A stretch of 63,618 nucleotides of DNA, filler included. It is 7 parts of 7 records of this genome, joined end to end, with 100 filler letters (N's around TTAATTAATTAA, not from the genome) between each part and the next. Parts side by side here need not be neighbours in the genome. Positions count along the whole stretch, not along the records: positions 11,454 to 18,586 come from DRR723986_9699; positions 18,687 to 25,754 come from DRR723986_9708; 5 more parts are not named here. One strand, 5' to 3'. Of this stretch, positions 11,454 to 21,170 are shown in pieces (position 1 is the first letter of the stretch; the number at the start of each line of letters is the position of its first letter). A program made the translations under genes and the position numbers. The notes beneath the pieces are model-generated. The model saw only the letters and a list, made by a program, of their open reading frames with translations. It was not told the origin of the DNA and did no database searches.

Positions 11454-11817
11454 CCCCGCCATAAAACTCCATATATCTGGCCAGAGCCACGGCGTCTGCG
11501 CGGGCTTGTGTCAGGGGCTTGCCAACATCCATCGCCTCAATCGCGGCCAATTCATCGACACGTTCCAAGACCAACTGTCCAATCCGGGTTAGGATGCGGC
11601 CGCGTTCCAGCGCGCTCATCTTGCCCCAAGGTCCGTCAAGGGCTGCGTGGGCGGCGGTGACGGCGCGATCGATATCCTCTTGGCCTCCGCGTGCGATATG
11701 GCAGATTTCAGAGCCATCAGATGGGTTGACCAGGGCAAGCGTTTGGCCCGAAGCGCTGGGCGTCCAAGTGCCGTCGATCAAACACAAGGAGGGGTCGAAC
11801 CAAATTGGGGTGGTCAT
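11454..11817 (-). CDS. Aldehyde dehydrogenase (3' truncated)
   Basis: LIDGTW, VNPSDG, DIDRAVTAA, EAMDVGKP; overlaps the ATPase stop. Confidence 0.88.
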
Positions 11818-13424
11818 CAGGAATGCTCCGATTGCAGGGCGTGTAGGTCGGGCAGTTGCGGAGCCGCCGCGATCAGGGACGCAGTATAGGGGTGTTGGGG
11901 GTTGCTAAAGACCTGCTCTGTTTCGCCCTGTTCGACGATCTGGCCAGACTTCATCACCAGCACACGATCCGTCACGGTGCGCACAACGCTCAGGTCATGG
12001 CTGATGAACAGATAGGTGAGGTTGTAGGCCTCGCACAACTCGACGAGCAGATCCAGAATTTGGGCCCGAACCGAGACATCCAAGGCACTGACCGCTTCGT
12101 CGAACAGGATCAATTGCGGACGGATGATCAGCGCGCGTGCGATAGCAATGCGCTGTCGCTGGCCCCCAGAAAATTCGTGAATATACTTGGTGGCGTCACT
12201 GGCGGACAGACCCACGGCAAGCAGCGTTTCGGCAATCAGATCAGCGCGCTCTTGCCCCTTGGGCGGGGTGTCGAGCAGATGAAATGGTTCGGTGACCAAG
12301 CGGTCGACGCGGTGGCGCGGGTTAAAGCTGCCAAAGGGGTCTTGAAACACAACCTGCATGTCGCGCCGGACCGCCAGATTGGGGGAATGGCCGGTAAAGA
12401 CGGATTGACCCTGCATCTGGATTTGTCCGCTTTGAACTGGCTCAAGGCCCAGAATGGCCCGTGTTAGGGTCGATTTTCCACACCCCGACTCACCAACCAA
12501 ACCCAAGCGTTCCCCTTGGTTCAGGGTAAAGCTGACATGGTCGACGGCGCGGTGATGGCCCGGCGTGGCAAACAGTTTGGTGCGGGGCAGGCGGTAATCA
12601 CGCACCACATCCTGAACGATCAACAGAGGTGTTTGGTCTTGTACGGTCGGCAGGGTGACCTGATGGTTCGACGCCTCGAACAGCATCCGGGTATAGGGGT
12701 GCTGCATGTCCCGCAGCAGACGTTGGGTGGCGCCCGTTTCGATCACCTCACCGTGTCGCATGACGGTGATCTGATCTGCCATATCCGCAACAACCGCCAA
12801 ATCATGGGTGATCATCAACACGCCCATGCCGTATTCTTTGGCCAACCCTTTCAGCAGGTCGAGGATCTGGGCCTGTGTGGTGACATCCAAGGCGGTTGTG
12901 GGCTCATCAGCGATCAATAGTTTTGGCCGCAGTGCAATCGCCATCGCAATGACGACGCGCTGACGTTGCCCTCCGGACAGTTCGTGCGGAAAGCGGGACA
13001 GGGGGAAGCGATCTGTGGGCAAACCGACGCGATCCAGAACTTCGATAGTGCGGGCCAGCGCTTGGTCTTTGGGCAGGGCCTTGTGGATCAGGATCGTTTC
13101 CATCACCTGATCGCCAATCGTTTTGACCGGGTTCAGTGCGGTCATGGGTTCCTGAAAAATCATACCCACGGCAGCCCCGCGCAAGGCGCACATCTGGGCC
13201 TCGGATTGGGCTAAGAGATCAACACCGTCCAGTGTGATAGACCCCGAGACGCGCGCGGACTCTGGTAACAACTGCATAACTGCCAACGCGGTCATCGATT
13301 TGCCGGACCCGCTTTCGCCCGTGACCGCAACGATTTCTCCCGGTGCGATGGTCAATGATACGTTTTTGAGCACGTTAAAGGCGTGGATGGACAGGGATAG
13401 GTTGTGGATCTGGAGCAGGCTCAT
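11817..13424 (-). CDS. Peptide/nickel-family ABC transporter, fused double ATPase
   Basis: Two Walker A motifs (GESGSGKS, GESGCGKS), two SGGQRQR signatures, HPYT motifs. Confidence 0.94.
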   Translation of the reverse strand: MSLLQIHNLSLSIHAFNVLKNVSLTIAPGEIVAVTGESGSGKSMTALAVMQLLPESARVSGSITLDGVDLLAQSEAQMCALRGAAVGMIFQEPMTALNPVKTIGDQVMETILIHKALPKDQALARTIEVLDRVGLPTDRFPLSRFPHELSGGQRQRVVIAMAIALRPKLLIADEPTTALDVTTQAQILDLLKGLAKEYGMGVLMITHDLAVVADMADQITVMRHGEVIETGATQRLLRDMQHPYTRMLFEASNHQVTLPTVQDQTPLLIVQDVVRDYRLPRTKLFATPGHHRAVDHVSFTLNQGERLGLVGESGCGKSTLTRAILGLEPVQSGQIQMQGQSVFTGHSPNLAVRRDMQVVFQDPFGSFNPRHRVDRLVTEPFHLLDTPPKGQERADLIAETLLAVGLSASDATKYIHEFSGGQRQRIAIARALIIRPQLILFDEAVSALDVSVRAQILDLLVELCEAYNLTYLFISHDLSVVRTVTDRVLVMKSGQIVEQGETEQVFSNPQHPYTASLIAAAPQLPDLHALQSEHS

Positions 13425-14236
13425 GTGCGGGCCACCCGCAGTCTGGGATCAAGCCAGTCGCGCAACCCATCCCCCATCAGATTTAGGCCCAAAACCGTCA
13501 GGATGATTGCAAAACCGGGGATCAACGCAAGGTGTGGTGCAAAACTGACCATGGTTTGTGCATCTGCCAGCATCCTGCCCCAACTGGGGGTAGGGGGCTG
13601 TGCGCCCAATCCAACATAAGACAGACCCGCCTCGGCCAGAATGCCCAGCGAGAATTGGATGGTGCCCTGCACAATCAACAGATTCATCACATTGGGCAGG
13701 ATATGTTCTGCTGAAATGCGGGTGCTTGATTTCCCGGCCACACGGGCGGCAAGGATAAATTCACGCTCCCACAGGCTCAACGCGGCACCGCGCGTGATAC
13801 GCGCAAACACCGGAATGTTGAAAATCCCGATGGCGATGATGGCGTTGACCGCACCGGCCCCAAACACGGCAGTGATCAAGATTGCGATGACCAGCGAGGG
13901 GAACGCAAACACTAGATCGTTGCCCCGCATGATCACCTCATCCAGCCATGACCCTTTGCGCGCCGCTGCAGTTAGCCCCAATGGCACGCCCAGACCCATG
14001 CCAATTCCCACCGCGACCAGCGCCACAGCCAGAGAGGTGCGTGCCCCAACCATGACCATCGACATCATATCGCGGCCAAAATGATCCGTGCCCAGCCAAT
14101 GCTCGCCAGTCGGCGTCTTGAGTTTATTGGGAATGTCGATGGCGGCGTAATCGAACGGGGTCCAGACAAACGACATCAGCGCCGCCAAAACCACGAGCGA
14201 GGACAGCACCCCACCCAGAACCAGATTGCGGCTCAT
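13421..14236 (-). CDS. ABC permease (DppC-like)
   Basis: HWLGTDHFGRD, HILPN, EAGLSYVGLG, PSWGRML. Confidence 0.93.
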   Translation of the reverse strand: MSRNLVLGGVLSSLVVLAALMSFVWTPFDYAAIDIPNKLKTPTGEHWLGTDHFGRDMMSMVMVGARTSLAVALVAVGIGMGLGVPLGLTAAARKGSWLDEVIMRGNDLVFAFPSLVIAILITAVFGAGAVNAIIAIGIFNIPVFARITRGAALSLWEREFILAARVAGKSSTRISAEHILPNVMNLLIVQGTIQFSLGILAEAGLSYVGLGAQPPTPSWGRMLADAQTMVSFAPHLALIPGFAIILTVLGLNLMGDGLRDWLDPRLRVART

Positions 14237-15180
14237 GTTCGGCTCCTTAGGCGGGGGTCAACCAAAGCATAAGCCAGATCGACAAGGAAATTCACGGTGA
14301 TGACGGCAAAAACCAGCAACATGACAACGGATTCAACGACGATCAAATCGCGCGAGGAAATTGCCTGAAACACCAATCGCCCAAGGCCGGGCAGGTAAAA
14401 CACCTGTTCGATGATGATGGACCCGGCAAGCAGGAATGAAAACTGCAATCCGATGATAGTCAGGACCGGGATCATGGCGTTGCGCACACCGTGCCGCCAC
14501 AACGCTTGGCGTCGGCTCAACCCTTTGGCGCGGGCGGTGCGCATGAAGTCCTCGCCCAATATATCGAGCAGAGCGGATCGCATGACCCTTGCCAATATTG
14601 CGGCCTGCGGCAACGCCAGTGCAATTGCGGGCAAGGTCAGGGAATGCAGTCCAACCCAAAGCCCGTCCTCCCATCCGGCAAACCCACCAGCGCCAAACCA
14701 GCGCAAATTGATGGCAAAAATTAGGACCAGCATCATCGCAAACCAGAAATTCGGGATCGCCACGCCCAATTGTGTAGCGCCCATAACGGCCATATCCCCT
14801 GCCTTGCCCCGGCGGGAAGCGGCGTAAATACCAGCAGGAAATGCGATCAGGGTTGAGAGCGCGAGTGCAAAAAGCGCGAGCGGGAGCGAGACCCACAAGC
14901 GATCAGAAATCATGTCCGCAACGGGGGTTCGGTAGGTATAAGATGTACCAAAATCCCCCGACAGCATCCCGGTGACCCAAGCGAGGTATCTGTGGGCTTT
15001 GGATACATCCAACCCCAATTCAGCGCGCAGTGCGGCAAGCGTGTCTTCCTGAGCGTTCACACCCAGCATAAAGGATGCGGGATCACCCGGCGCCACCTCG
15101 ATCACAGCGAAAATGACCACCGACGCGATAGCAAGGCTAAGGATCAAAGAGAGCAAGCGCTTCAACGAATAACGTATCAT
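14233..15180 (-). CDS. ABC permease (DppB-like)
   Basis: PGDPA, GDFGTS, DFMRTARAKG, IEQVFYLPGLG, DPRLR. Confidence 0.93.
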   Translation of the reverse strand: MIRYSLKRLLSLILSLAIASVVIFAVIEVAPGDPASFMLGVNAQEDTLAALRAELGLDVSKAHRYLAWVTGMLSGDFGTSYTYRTPVADMISDRLWVSLPLALFALALSTLIAFPAGIYAASRRGKAGDMAVMGATQLGVAIPNFWFAMMLVLIFAINLRWFGAGGFAGWEDGLWVGLHSLTLPAIALALPQAAILARVMRSALLDILGEDFMRTARAKGLSRRQALWRHGVRNAMIPVLTIIGLQFSFLLAGSIIIEQVFYLPGLGRLVFQAISSRDLIVVESVVMLLVFAVITVNFLVDLAYALVDPRLRSRT

Positions 15181-15222
15181 TCTGGCACGTTAGGCGCGTG
15201 TTTCTCTGGGGTCCAGTCTCGA

Positions 15223-16302
15223 TTAAGCGATCAGAAAGTTCGTTACGGCAAAGCCTACAATTGCGAGATACCCCAGCGGGTAAATCCACTTGATTACATA
15301 GTTGTCCCACTTGCGGGCTGCTGCTTCTCGCCCAGCAACCTTCATTCGCCTGAGTAGAACATTGAAAACAATGATTGCTCCTGTGACGACGAACATCCAT
15401 TGCAACATGAAATCAAGAAAGGTCAGATAACCCAATTTGGGCAAGTCATCAGAGATCACCCAATTGAAGGCGACAAAGACCAATAGGTTTGCCCCGGCGA
15501 TTTCTATCCGCTTGCGGTATTCGTCTAGGAAAAACAATGCCCAACTGACTGTAATCAGTACCATCATCGGCATGAATATCCGGATCGCGTAGTACATAAC
15601 ATGTCGGTGTCCCTGAAACGCCAACGCTACTTTTTCGCTTTCCAGACCTGACAGGCCAGTTACTGTGGATTGCTCCATTATGGCGTTTTCCAACACCCAT
15701 TCTTCTTCGCCCAACAAGGGGCCAAGACCGGATTGATCCTCTAAAACTGTGTAATGAACGATGTCCGATGGATAGACCGAAACGATTTCGAAATAGAACT
15801 GTTGTTGATCAAACGGATATTTCCGAAAGTTGAAATAGGGCGCTTGTAGAGTGAGCGATGATTTTTCCAGATAGGTCACTTCGCCCGAGTAATGCACAGC
15901 CACGATCGATTGATGGATCCACCGGTTGCTTTGTTGGTTTTCTATCACAAAAGCAGGGACGATGGTTGGCAGCTTGGTCGCATAATCCACAAACGCTTCG
16001 GGTTTTATGATCCGGGTCTCACGCCCAATTTCTTTGGGATCAAAGGCCAGCGCCGGGTCCGTCCATTTGACGCGAATGGTTGCGACAGCCCCGTAATTTT
16101 CCGACTTCTGATCCACAAATGAAATTTGGTCGATCTGTATCCCAATCGCCACTTCCAGCGGCTTTTCAGGTGTCCCAACCGGTGCGCCCATGTCCGAGCG
16201 TAACAAGCCCTGTGCATGGGCCGTGTTGGGGCTGAGCGAAAGACCGACAAGGGTCACAAGCCCGATGAGCAGGCATAGCCGGAAAAAGATATGGCGGAGC
16301 AT
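15223..16302 (-). CDS. Prokaryotic pentameric ligand-gated ion channel (ELIC/GLIC-like)
   Basis: Signal peptide (AHA/QG), Pro-loop FRKYPFDQQ, EEW, pre-M1 RHVMYY, M1 proline (IFMP), M2-M3 loop LPKLGYLTFLD, four C-terminal hydrophobic helices. Confidence 0.88.
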   Translation of the reverse strand: MLRHIFFRLCLLIGLVTLVGLSLSPNTAHAQGLLRSDMGAPVGTPEKPLEVAIGIQIDQISFVDQKSENYGAVATIRVKWTDPALAFDPKEIGRETRIIKPEAFVDYATKLPTIVPAFVIENQQSNRWIHQSIVAVHYSGEVTYLEKSSLTLQAPYFNFRKYPFDQQQFYFEIVSVYPSDIVHYTVLEDQSGLGPLLGEEEWVLENAIMEQSTVTGLSGLESEKVALAFQGHRHVMYYAIRIFMPMMVLITVSWALFFLDEYRKRIEIAGANLLVFVAFNWVISDDLPKLGYLTFLDFMLQWMFVVTGAIIVFNVLLRRMKVAGREAAARKWDNYVIKWIYPLGYLAIVGFAVTNFLIA

Positions 16303-16329
16303 AAGCGATCTTAAGTGTGTAAAAATGAC

Positions 16330-16354
16330 CGAGGCCCCGGCAAGCGGGGCCTCG
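16330..16354 (-). terminator. Hairpin after the SBP gene (terminator or mRNA stabiliser)
   Basis: CGAGGCCCCG-N5-CGGGGCCTCG perfect 10-bp stem, followed on the minus strand by GTCATTTTT. Confidence 0.65.
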
Positions 16355-16364
16355 TAAGGTTGGT

Positions 16365-17852
16365 TTAGTTGGCCCAGCTGACGCCGGTCAGGTCAATCGC
16401 AGCTGTAGGTGCATTGACCCACAGGCCCTGAACATCAGCTTTGGCGACGCCCAGATTGGCGAGTTGGAACAGGTAGCCGTTGACGTAATCCTCAGAAATC
16501 ATGGTCTGGGCTTTTTGCAGCATTTCAGTCCGCATGGCGGGATCAGTGGTTTCATTGAGCGAAGCCATCAGGTCCTGAAACGCTTTGTTGTCGTACTGAA
16601 AATAGTACTCGGGACGAGCATAGATGCCGATATCCATCGGCTCGGTGTGGCTGACGATGGTAAGCCCAAAGTTCTTGCCCCGGAATACAGTTTCAAGCCA
16701 TTGGGCCCATTCAACATTGGTGATCTCGGCCTTGATACCAACAGCGGCCAGTTGCGCGGCAATAATTTCGCCACCGCGACGGGCATACGATGGGGGCGGC
16801 AGGTGCAGCGTTGTTTCAAACCCATCGGGAAAGCCCGCTTCGGCCAGCAACGCCTTGGCTTTTTCGGGATCGTGGGCTGAATTGCCGGTCAGATCGACGT
16901 AGGCCGGATTGTGGGGCGCAAAATGCGTGCCAATGGGCGTGCCGTAACCAAACATCGCACCGTCGATGATCGCCTGACGGTCAATGGCATGGGCCAACGC
17001 TTGACGCACTTTCACATTGTCGAACGGAGGTTGCTTGTTGTTGGTGGACAGGATCGTCTCACCTTCGGTTGACCCGACCAGCACCTGAAACCGCGGGTCT
17101 GCTTCGAACTGCGGCAGGTTTTCTGGCGCCGGGAACCCCGAGAACACGTCGACATCTTCGGCCATCACGGCAGCAAAGGCGGCAGTGGGGTCTGAGATGA
17201 ACTTGATGGTTGCTTTGGCCAGCGCGGGTTGTGCGCCCCAATACTCAGCGTTGCGTTCCAGATCAATGCGATCGCCCTGCACCCAGTTGGCGAACTTGAA
17301 CGCGCCGGTGCCCACAGGGGCGGTTTTGATGCTTTCGATGCTTTCTGGTGCAACGATCACGGCGTCACCCCACGCCAGATTGAACAGGAAATTGCCGTTG
17401 GGCTCTGACAGTGTGACCTGAACGGTCAGAGGATCAACCACAGTCACATCTGCGATGCCAGCGAACAAAGCCTTTTGTGCATTTGCGCTGTCTTCGCCAC
17501 GGGCGCGATCCAGACTGAACTTGACGTCTTCGCCGTCCATGGCGGTGCCATCATGAAACGTTACGCCATCCTGCAGCTTGAAGGTGTATGTTTTGCCGTC
17601 TTCTGAGATCTCCCAGCTTTCGGCGAGGCCCGGAACAATGGCGCCGTCCCCCATGAAACGGGTCAGCCCTTCGAAGATGTTGGAATACACGACCGAGTCG
17701 ATTGCCTGTGCCGCGGCGCTGGTTGGGTCCAGATGTGGCGGCTCAAGCTGCATGGCAACGGTGATGTCATCTTTGGCCCAAGCTTGAGAGGCCAACAAGG
17801 TCGCCCCAAGCGCCAGACCTGATACCAGGCTCCGTTTCAAATTTGGTCTCAT
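16365..17852 (-). CDS. ABC substrate-binding protein, family 5
   Basis: Signal peptide, LDPT, PGLAESWEISEDGKTYTFKL, VGTGAFK, VRQALAHAIDR. Confidence 0.94.
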   Translation of the reverse strand: MRPNLKRSLVSGLALGATLLASQAWAKDDITVAMQLEPPHLDPTSAAAQAIDSVVYSNIFEGLTRFMGDGAIVPGLAESWEISEDGKTYTFKLQDGVTFHDGTAMDGEDVKFSLDRARGEDSANAQKALFAGIADVTVVDPLTVQVTLSEPNGNFLFNLAWGDAVIVAPESIESIKTAPVGTGAFKFANWVQGDRIDLERNAEYWGAQPALAKATIKFISDPTAAFAAVMAEDVDVFSGFPAPENLPQFEADPRFQVLVGSTEGETILSTNNKQPPFDNVKVRQALAHAIDRQAIIDGAMFGYGTPIGTHFAPHNPAYVDLTGNSAHDPEKAKALLAEAGFPDGFETTLHLPPPSYARRGGEIIAAQLAAVGIKAEITNVEWAQWLETVFRGKNFGLTIVSHTEPMDIGIYARPEYYFQYDNKAFQDLMASLNETTDPAMRTEMLQKAQTMISEDYVNGYLFQLANLGVAKADVQGLWVNAPTAAIDLTGVSWAN

Positions 17853-17985
17853 AATCGTCTCCCCACGAAATGAATTGCCGCCTGAATCGCAGAATCCGGC
17901 GTATCTTTGTTCACTGTTCCCGTAAACTTAGGGGCAATCAAGGAAATGTTGGCGCAATCGGTCTTTGTTGAGCGCAAAGTAAATG

Positions 17986-18006
17986 TTATGCTGCACTGCA
18001 ACATAA
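17986..18006. promoter_or_regulatory. Near-palindromic operator (PhaR-box-like) upstream of panB
   Basis: TTATGCTGCACTGCAACATAA; resembles CTGC-N3-GCAG. Confidence 0.4.
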
Positions 18007-18025
18007 ACCGCCAGCAGGACTGACG

Positions 18026-18586
18026 ATGAGCGCCACCGCCCGCAAAAAAGCCCCGAACGCAGAAGATATTCGTGCCAGAAAAGGGGGGCAACCTTTGGTG
18101 AGTTTGACCGCCTATACGACGCCAATGGCACAGGTCATGGATCCGCATTGTGACTTTGTTTTGGTGGGTGATAGCGTTGGAATGGTGCTGCATGGGCTGA
18201 CTTCGACCCTTGGCGTGACGATGGAGATGATGATCCTGCACGGCCAAGCCGTCGCGCGGGGGTTGAACTGCGCGATGATGGTGATCGACATGCCGTTCGC
18301 CTCTTACGAAGAAGGCCCGGCCCAAGCGTTTCGCAATGCGGCGCGATTGATGGCTGAAACGGGCGCTGGCGCGGTCAAATTGGAAGGCGGGGTCGAGATG
18401 GCCGAAACCATTCGTTTTCTGACCAAACGCGGCATTCCAGTAATGGCGCATATCGGCCTGACACCGCAATCCATCAATACCTTGGGGGGCTACAAGGTTC
18501 AGGGCCGGGATGCGCAGGCTGACGCCGTATTGGCAGATGCCCATGCGGTAAGTGATGCCGGGGCGTTTTCGGTGGTGCTGGAAAAG
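18026..18586 (+). CDS. panB: 3-methyl-2-oxobutanoate hydroxymethyltransferase (3' truncated)
   Basis: [39 protein letters not shown]. Confidence 0.96.
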
Positions 18587-18686
18587 NNNNNNNNNNNNNN
18601 NNNNNNNNNNNNNNNNNNNNNNNNNNNNNNTTAATTAATTAANNNNNNNNNNNNNNNNNNNNNNNNNNNNNNNNNNNNNNNNNNNN
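18587..18686. other. Artificial linker
   Basis: N44-TTAATTAATTAA-N44. Confidence 0.97.
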
Positions 18687-19011
18687 GGGAGAGGTCGCGG
18701 GCAGCCATGCCACCGAGGCGTTGACCGATATCGTGACGATCCTCGCCGAATACGGCCGCCGCCCGATGGCCTGCCACGGGCTGGCCTGCCAATGCGTCGG
18801 CGCAGACGAGGCCTGCCTTGCGCAGATGATCGGCTGCGCCGCCTCGGGCGACATGGAAGACGCGACGCTCATGGCGACGCTTCTGGTGCGCGCCGATTGC
18901 GCCCCGGCGCTGGCCGGGGCCGCGCGGGCCTTCGGCCTCGGGCTCCACCGGATGAACCGTCGCGTGATGTCGGCCCATACGACACGGGCGAAGACGAACA
19001 GATTGCACTGA
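18687..19011 (+). CDS. Hypothetical Cys-containing protein upstream of imelysin (5' truncated)
   Basis: Frame is open from the fragment edge; GRRPMACHGLACQCVGADE; ends 13 bp before imelysin. Confidence 0.6.
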
Positions 19012-19024
19012 AGGGACTGTACCG

Positions 19025-20278
19025 ATGACGAGAACCGCGACCGCCATGGCACTGGCGCTGATGGCCGCCCCCGCATGGGCCGAAAAGGCTGCCGTGCTGG
19101 AGACCTATGCCACCATCGCGCAGGCCGGCTATGAGGACAGCCTTACCACGGCGAAGGATCTGCAGGCCGCCGTCGAGGCGCTGATCGCGGAGCCGTCGGA
19201 GGCCGCTCTGGCCGCGGCGCGCACCGCTTGGTTGCAGGCGCGTGTGCCCTACCAGCAGACCGAGGTCTTCCGCTTCGGCAATGCCATCGTCGACGACTGG
19301 GAGGGCAAGGTGAACGCATGGCCGCTGGACGAGGGGCTGATCGACTACGTCGACGCCTCCTACGGCGGGCCGACCGACGAAAACGCCTATGCGGCGCTGA
19401 ACGTCGTGGCGAATCCGACCTTCAGCCTGTCGAGCGAAGAGGTCGACGCCACCGAGATCACGCCCGCCCTGCTGGAAGAGACCCTGCAGGAGGCTGACGC
19501 GGTCGAATCCAACGTCGCCACCGGCTATCACGCCATCGAGTTCCTGCTTTGGGGGCAGGATCTGAACGGCACCGATCACGGCGCGGGCAACCGTCCGTGG
19601 ACCGATTACGCCACGGGTGACGCCTGCACGAACGGCAATTGCGACCGGCGCGGCGCCTATCTGAAGGCCGCGACCGCGCTGCTGGTCTCGGACCTCGAAT
19701 ACATGGCCGCGCAATGGGCCGAGGGCGGCGAGGCCCGCGCCACCGTGACCGCCGACGAGGATGCGGGCATCGTGGCCATGCTGACCGGCATGGGCAGCCT
19801 GTCCTACGGCGAGCAGGCGGGCGAGCGGATGAAGCTGGGCGTCATGCTGAACGACCCCGAGGAAGAACACGACTGCTTCTCGGACAACACGCACAACTCG
19901 CACTTCTACGACGGCATGGGCATCCGCAACGTCTACTTCGGCGAATACATCCGCATCGACGGCAGCGTGGTGAGCGGCGAGAGCCTGTCCGCGCTGGTGG
20001 CCGAGGCCGACGCGGATGTGGACGCGGCCCTGCGCTCCGACATCAACCAGACCATGGTGGAACTGGCGCAGATCAAGGCCGCCGCCGAGGCCGGCTTCAG
20101 CTACGACCAGATGCTGGAGCGTGGCAACGAAGGCGGCGAGGCGCTCATCATGTCCGCCGTCGACGCGCTGGTGCAGCAGACCGCCGGGATCGAGCGTGCG
20201 GTGACGGCGCTGGGGCTCGACCAGATCGGCTTCGAGGGCTCCGACAGCCTCGACGACCCGGACGCGGTCTTTCAGTAA
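19025..20278 (+). CDS. Imelysin family iron-regulated protein (IrpA-like)
   Basis: Signal peptide, VNAWPLDEG, GYHAIEFLLWGQD (HxxE), EEHDCFSDNTH. Confidence 0.92.
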   Translation: MTRTATAMALALMAAPAWAEKAAVLETYATIAQAGYEDSLTTAKDLQAAVEALIAEPSEAALAAARTAWLQARVPYQQTEVFRFGNAIVDDWEGKVNAWPLDEGLIDYVDASYGGPTDENAYAALNVVANPTFSLSSEEVDATEITPALLEETLQEADAVESNVATGYHAIEFLLWGQDLNGTDHGAGNRPWTDYATGDACTNGNCDRRGAYLKAATALLVSDLEYMAAQWAEGGEARATVTADEDAGIVAMLTGMGSLSYGEQAGERMKLGVMLNDPEEEHDCFSDNTHNSHFYDGMGIRNVYFGEYIRIDGSVVSGESLSALVAEADADVDAALRSDINQTMVELAQIKAAAEAGFSYDQMLERGNEGGEALIMSAVDALVQQTAGIERAVTALGLDQIGFEGSDSLDDPDAVFQ

Positions 20279-20354
20279 CCGCCCGCTCGGGCCGGGGCAG
20301 CCGGGTTTCCGCCGGCTGGCCCACCCCTCCGCAACGCCACGGGATCGCATCGCC

Positions 20355-20597
20355 ATGATCGTCTGCCATTGCATGAACATCTCGGACCACGACATCCATG
20401 CCGCCGTGGACTGGATGCGGGCCTCGGACGCCGAGACGCTGATCACGCCGGGCAAGATCTACCGGGCGCTCGGCAAGAAGGCGGATTGCGGGGGCTGCCT
20501 GCCGCTGTTCATGAAGACCTTGCAGGCCAACGACAATTTTGAGGTCCCGCTGGAGTTGCGGGCCCTGCGCAAAACGCGCGACAGGCGCCGTCTTTGA
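20355..20597 (+). CDS. bfd: Bacterioferritin-associated ferredoxin
   Basis: MIVCHC...CGGC pattern, directly upstream of bfr. Confidence 0.88.
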   Translation: MIVCHCMNISDHDIHAAVDWMRASDAETLITPGKIYRALGKKADCGGCLPLFMKTLQANDNFEVPLELRALRKTRDRRRL

Positions 20598-20665
20598 CGG
20601 CGCTTGCAGGACCCACGGCAAACCGCAACACTGGTTTCCGGTAGGCAAACAGAAGGATCCCCACC

Positions 20666-21151
20666 ATGAAGGGCGACGCCAAGGTCATCGAATATCTCAA
20701 CGCTGCTTTGCGGAGCGAGTTGACGGCGGTCAGCCAGTATTGGCTGCATTACCGCCTGCAGGAGGACTGGGGCTTCGGCAAGGTCGCCGACAAGTCGCGC
20801 GCGGAAAGCATCGAAGAGATGCATCACGCCGACCGCCTGATCCAGCGGATCATCTTCCTCGAAGGCCACCCGAACCTGCAAAAGCTGGACCCGCTGCGCA
20901 TCGGCCAGACGCTGAAGGAAACGATGGAGGCGGATCTGGCGGGCGAACACGATGCGCGGACGCTGTATATCGAGGCCCGGAACCACTGCGAGCAGGTCGG
21001 CGACTATGTGTCGAAGAACCTCTTCGAGGACCTGATCCGTGACGAGGAAGGGCACATCGACTTTCTCGAGACCCAGCTGGGCCTGTTCGAGACGCTGGGC
21101 GAGGCGAATTACAGCATGTTGCAGTCCAAATCCTCGGACGAGGCGGAATAG
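20666..21151 (+). CDS. bfr: Bacterioferritin
   Basis: MKGD start, [18 protein letters not shown] (haem Met), [10 protein letters not shown]. Confidence 0.96.
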   Translation: MKGDAKVIEYLNAALRSELTAVSQYWLHYRLQEDWGFGKVADKSRAESIEEMHHADRLIQRIIFLEGHPNLQKLDPLRIGQTLKETMEADLAGEHDARTLYIEARNHCEQVGDYVSKNLFEDLIRDEEGHIDFLETQLGLFETLGEANYSMLQSKSSDEAE

Positions 21152-21170
21152 CAGCGCCAAGAGGCCCGTC

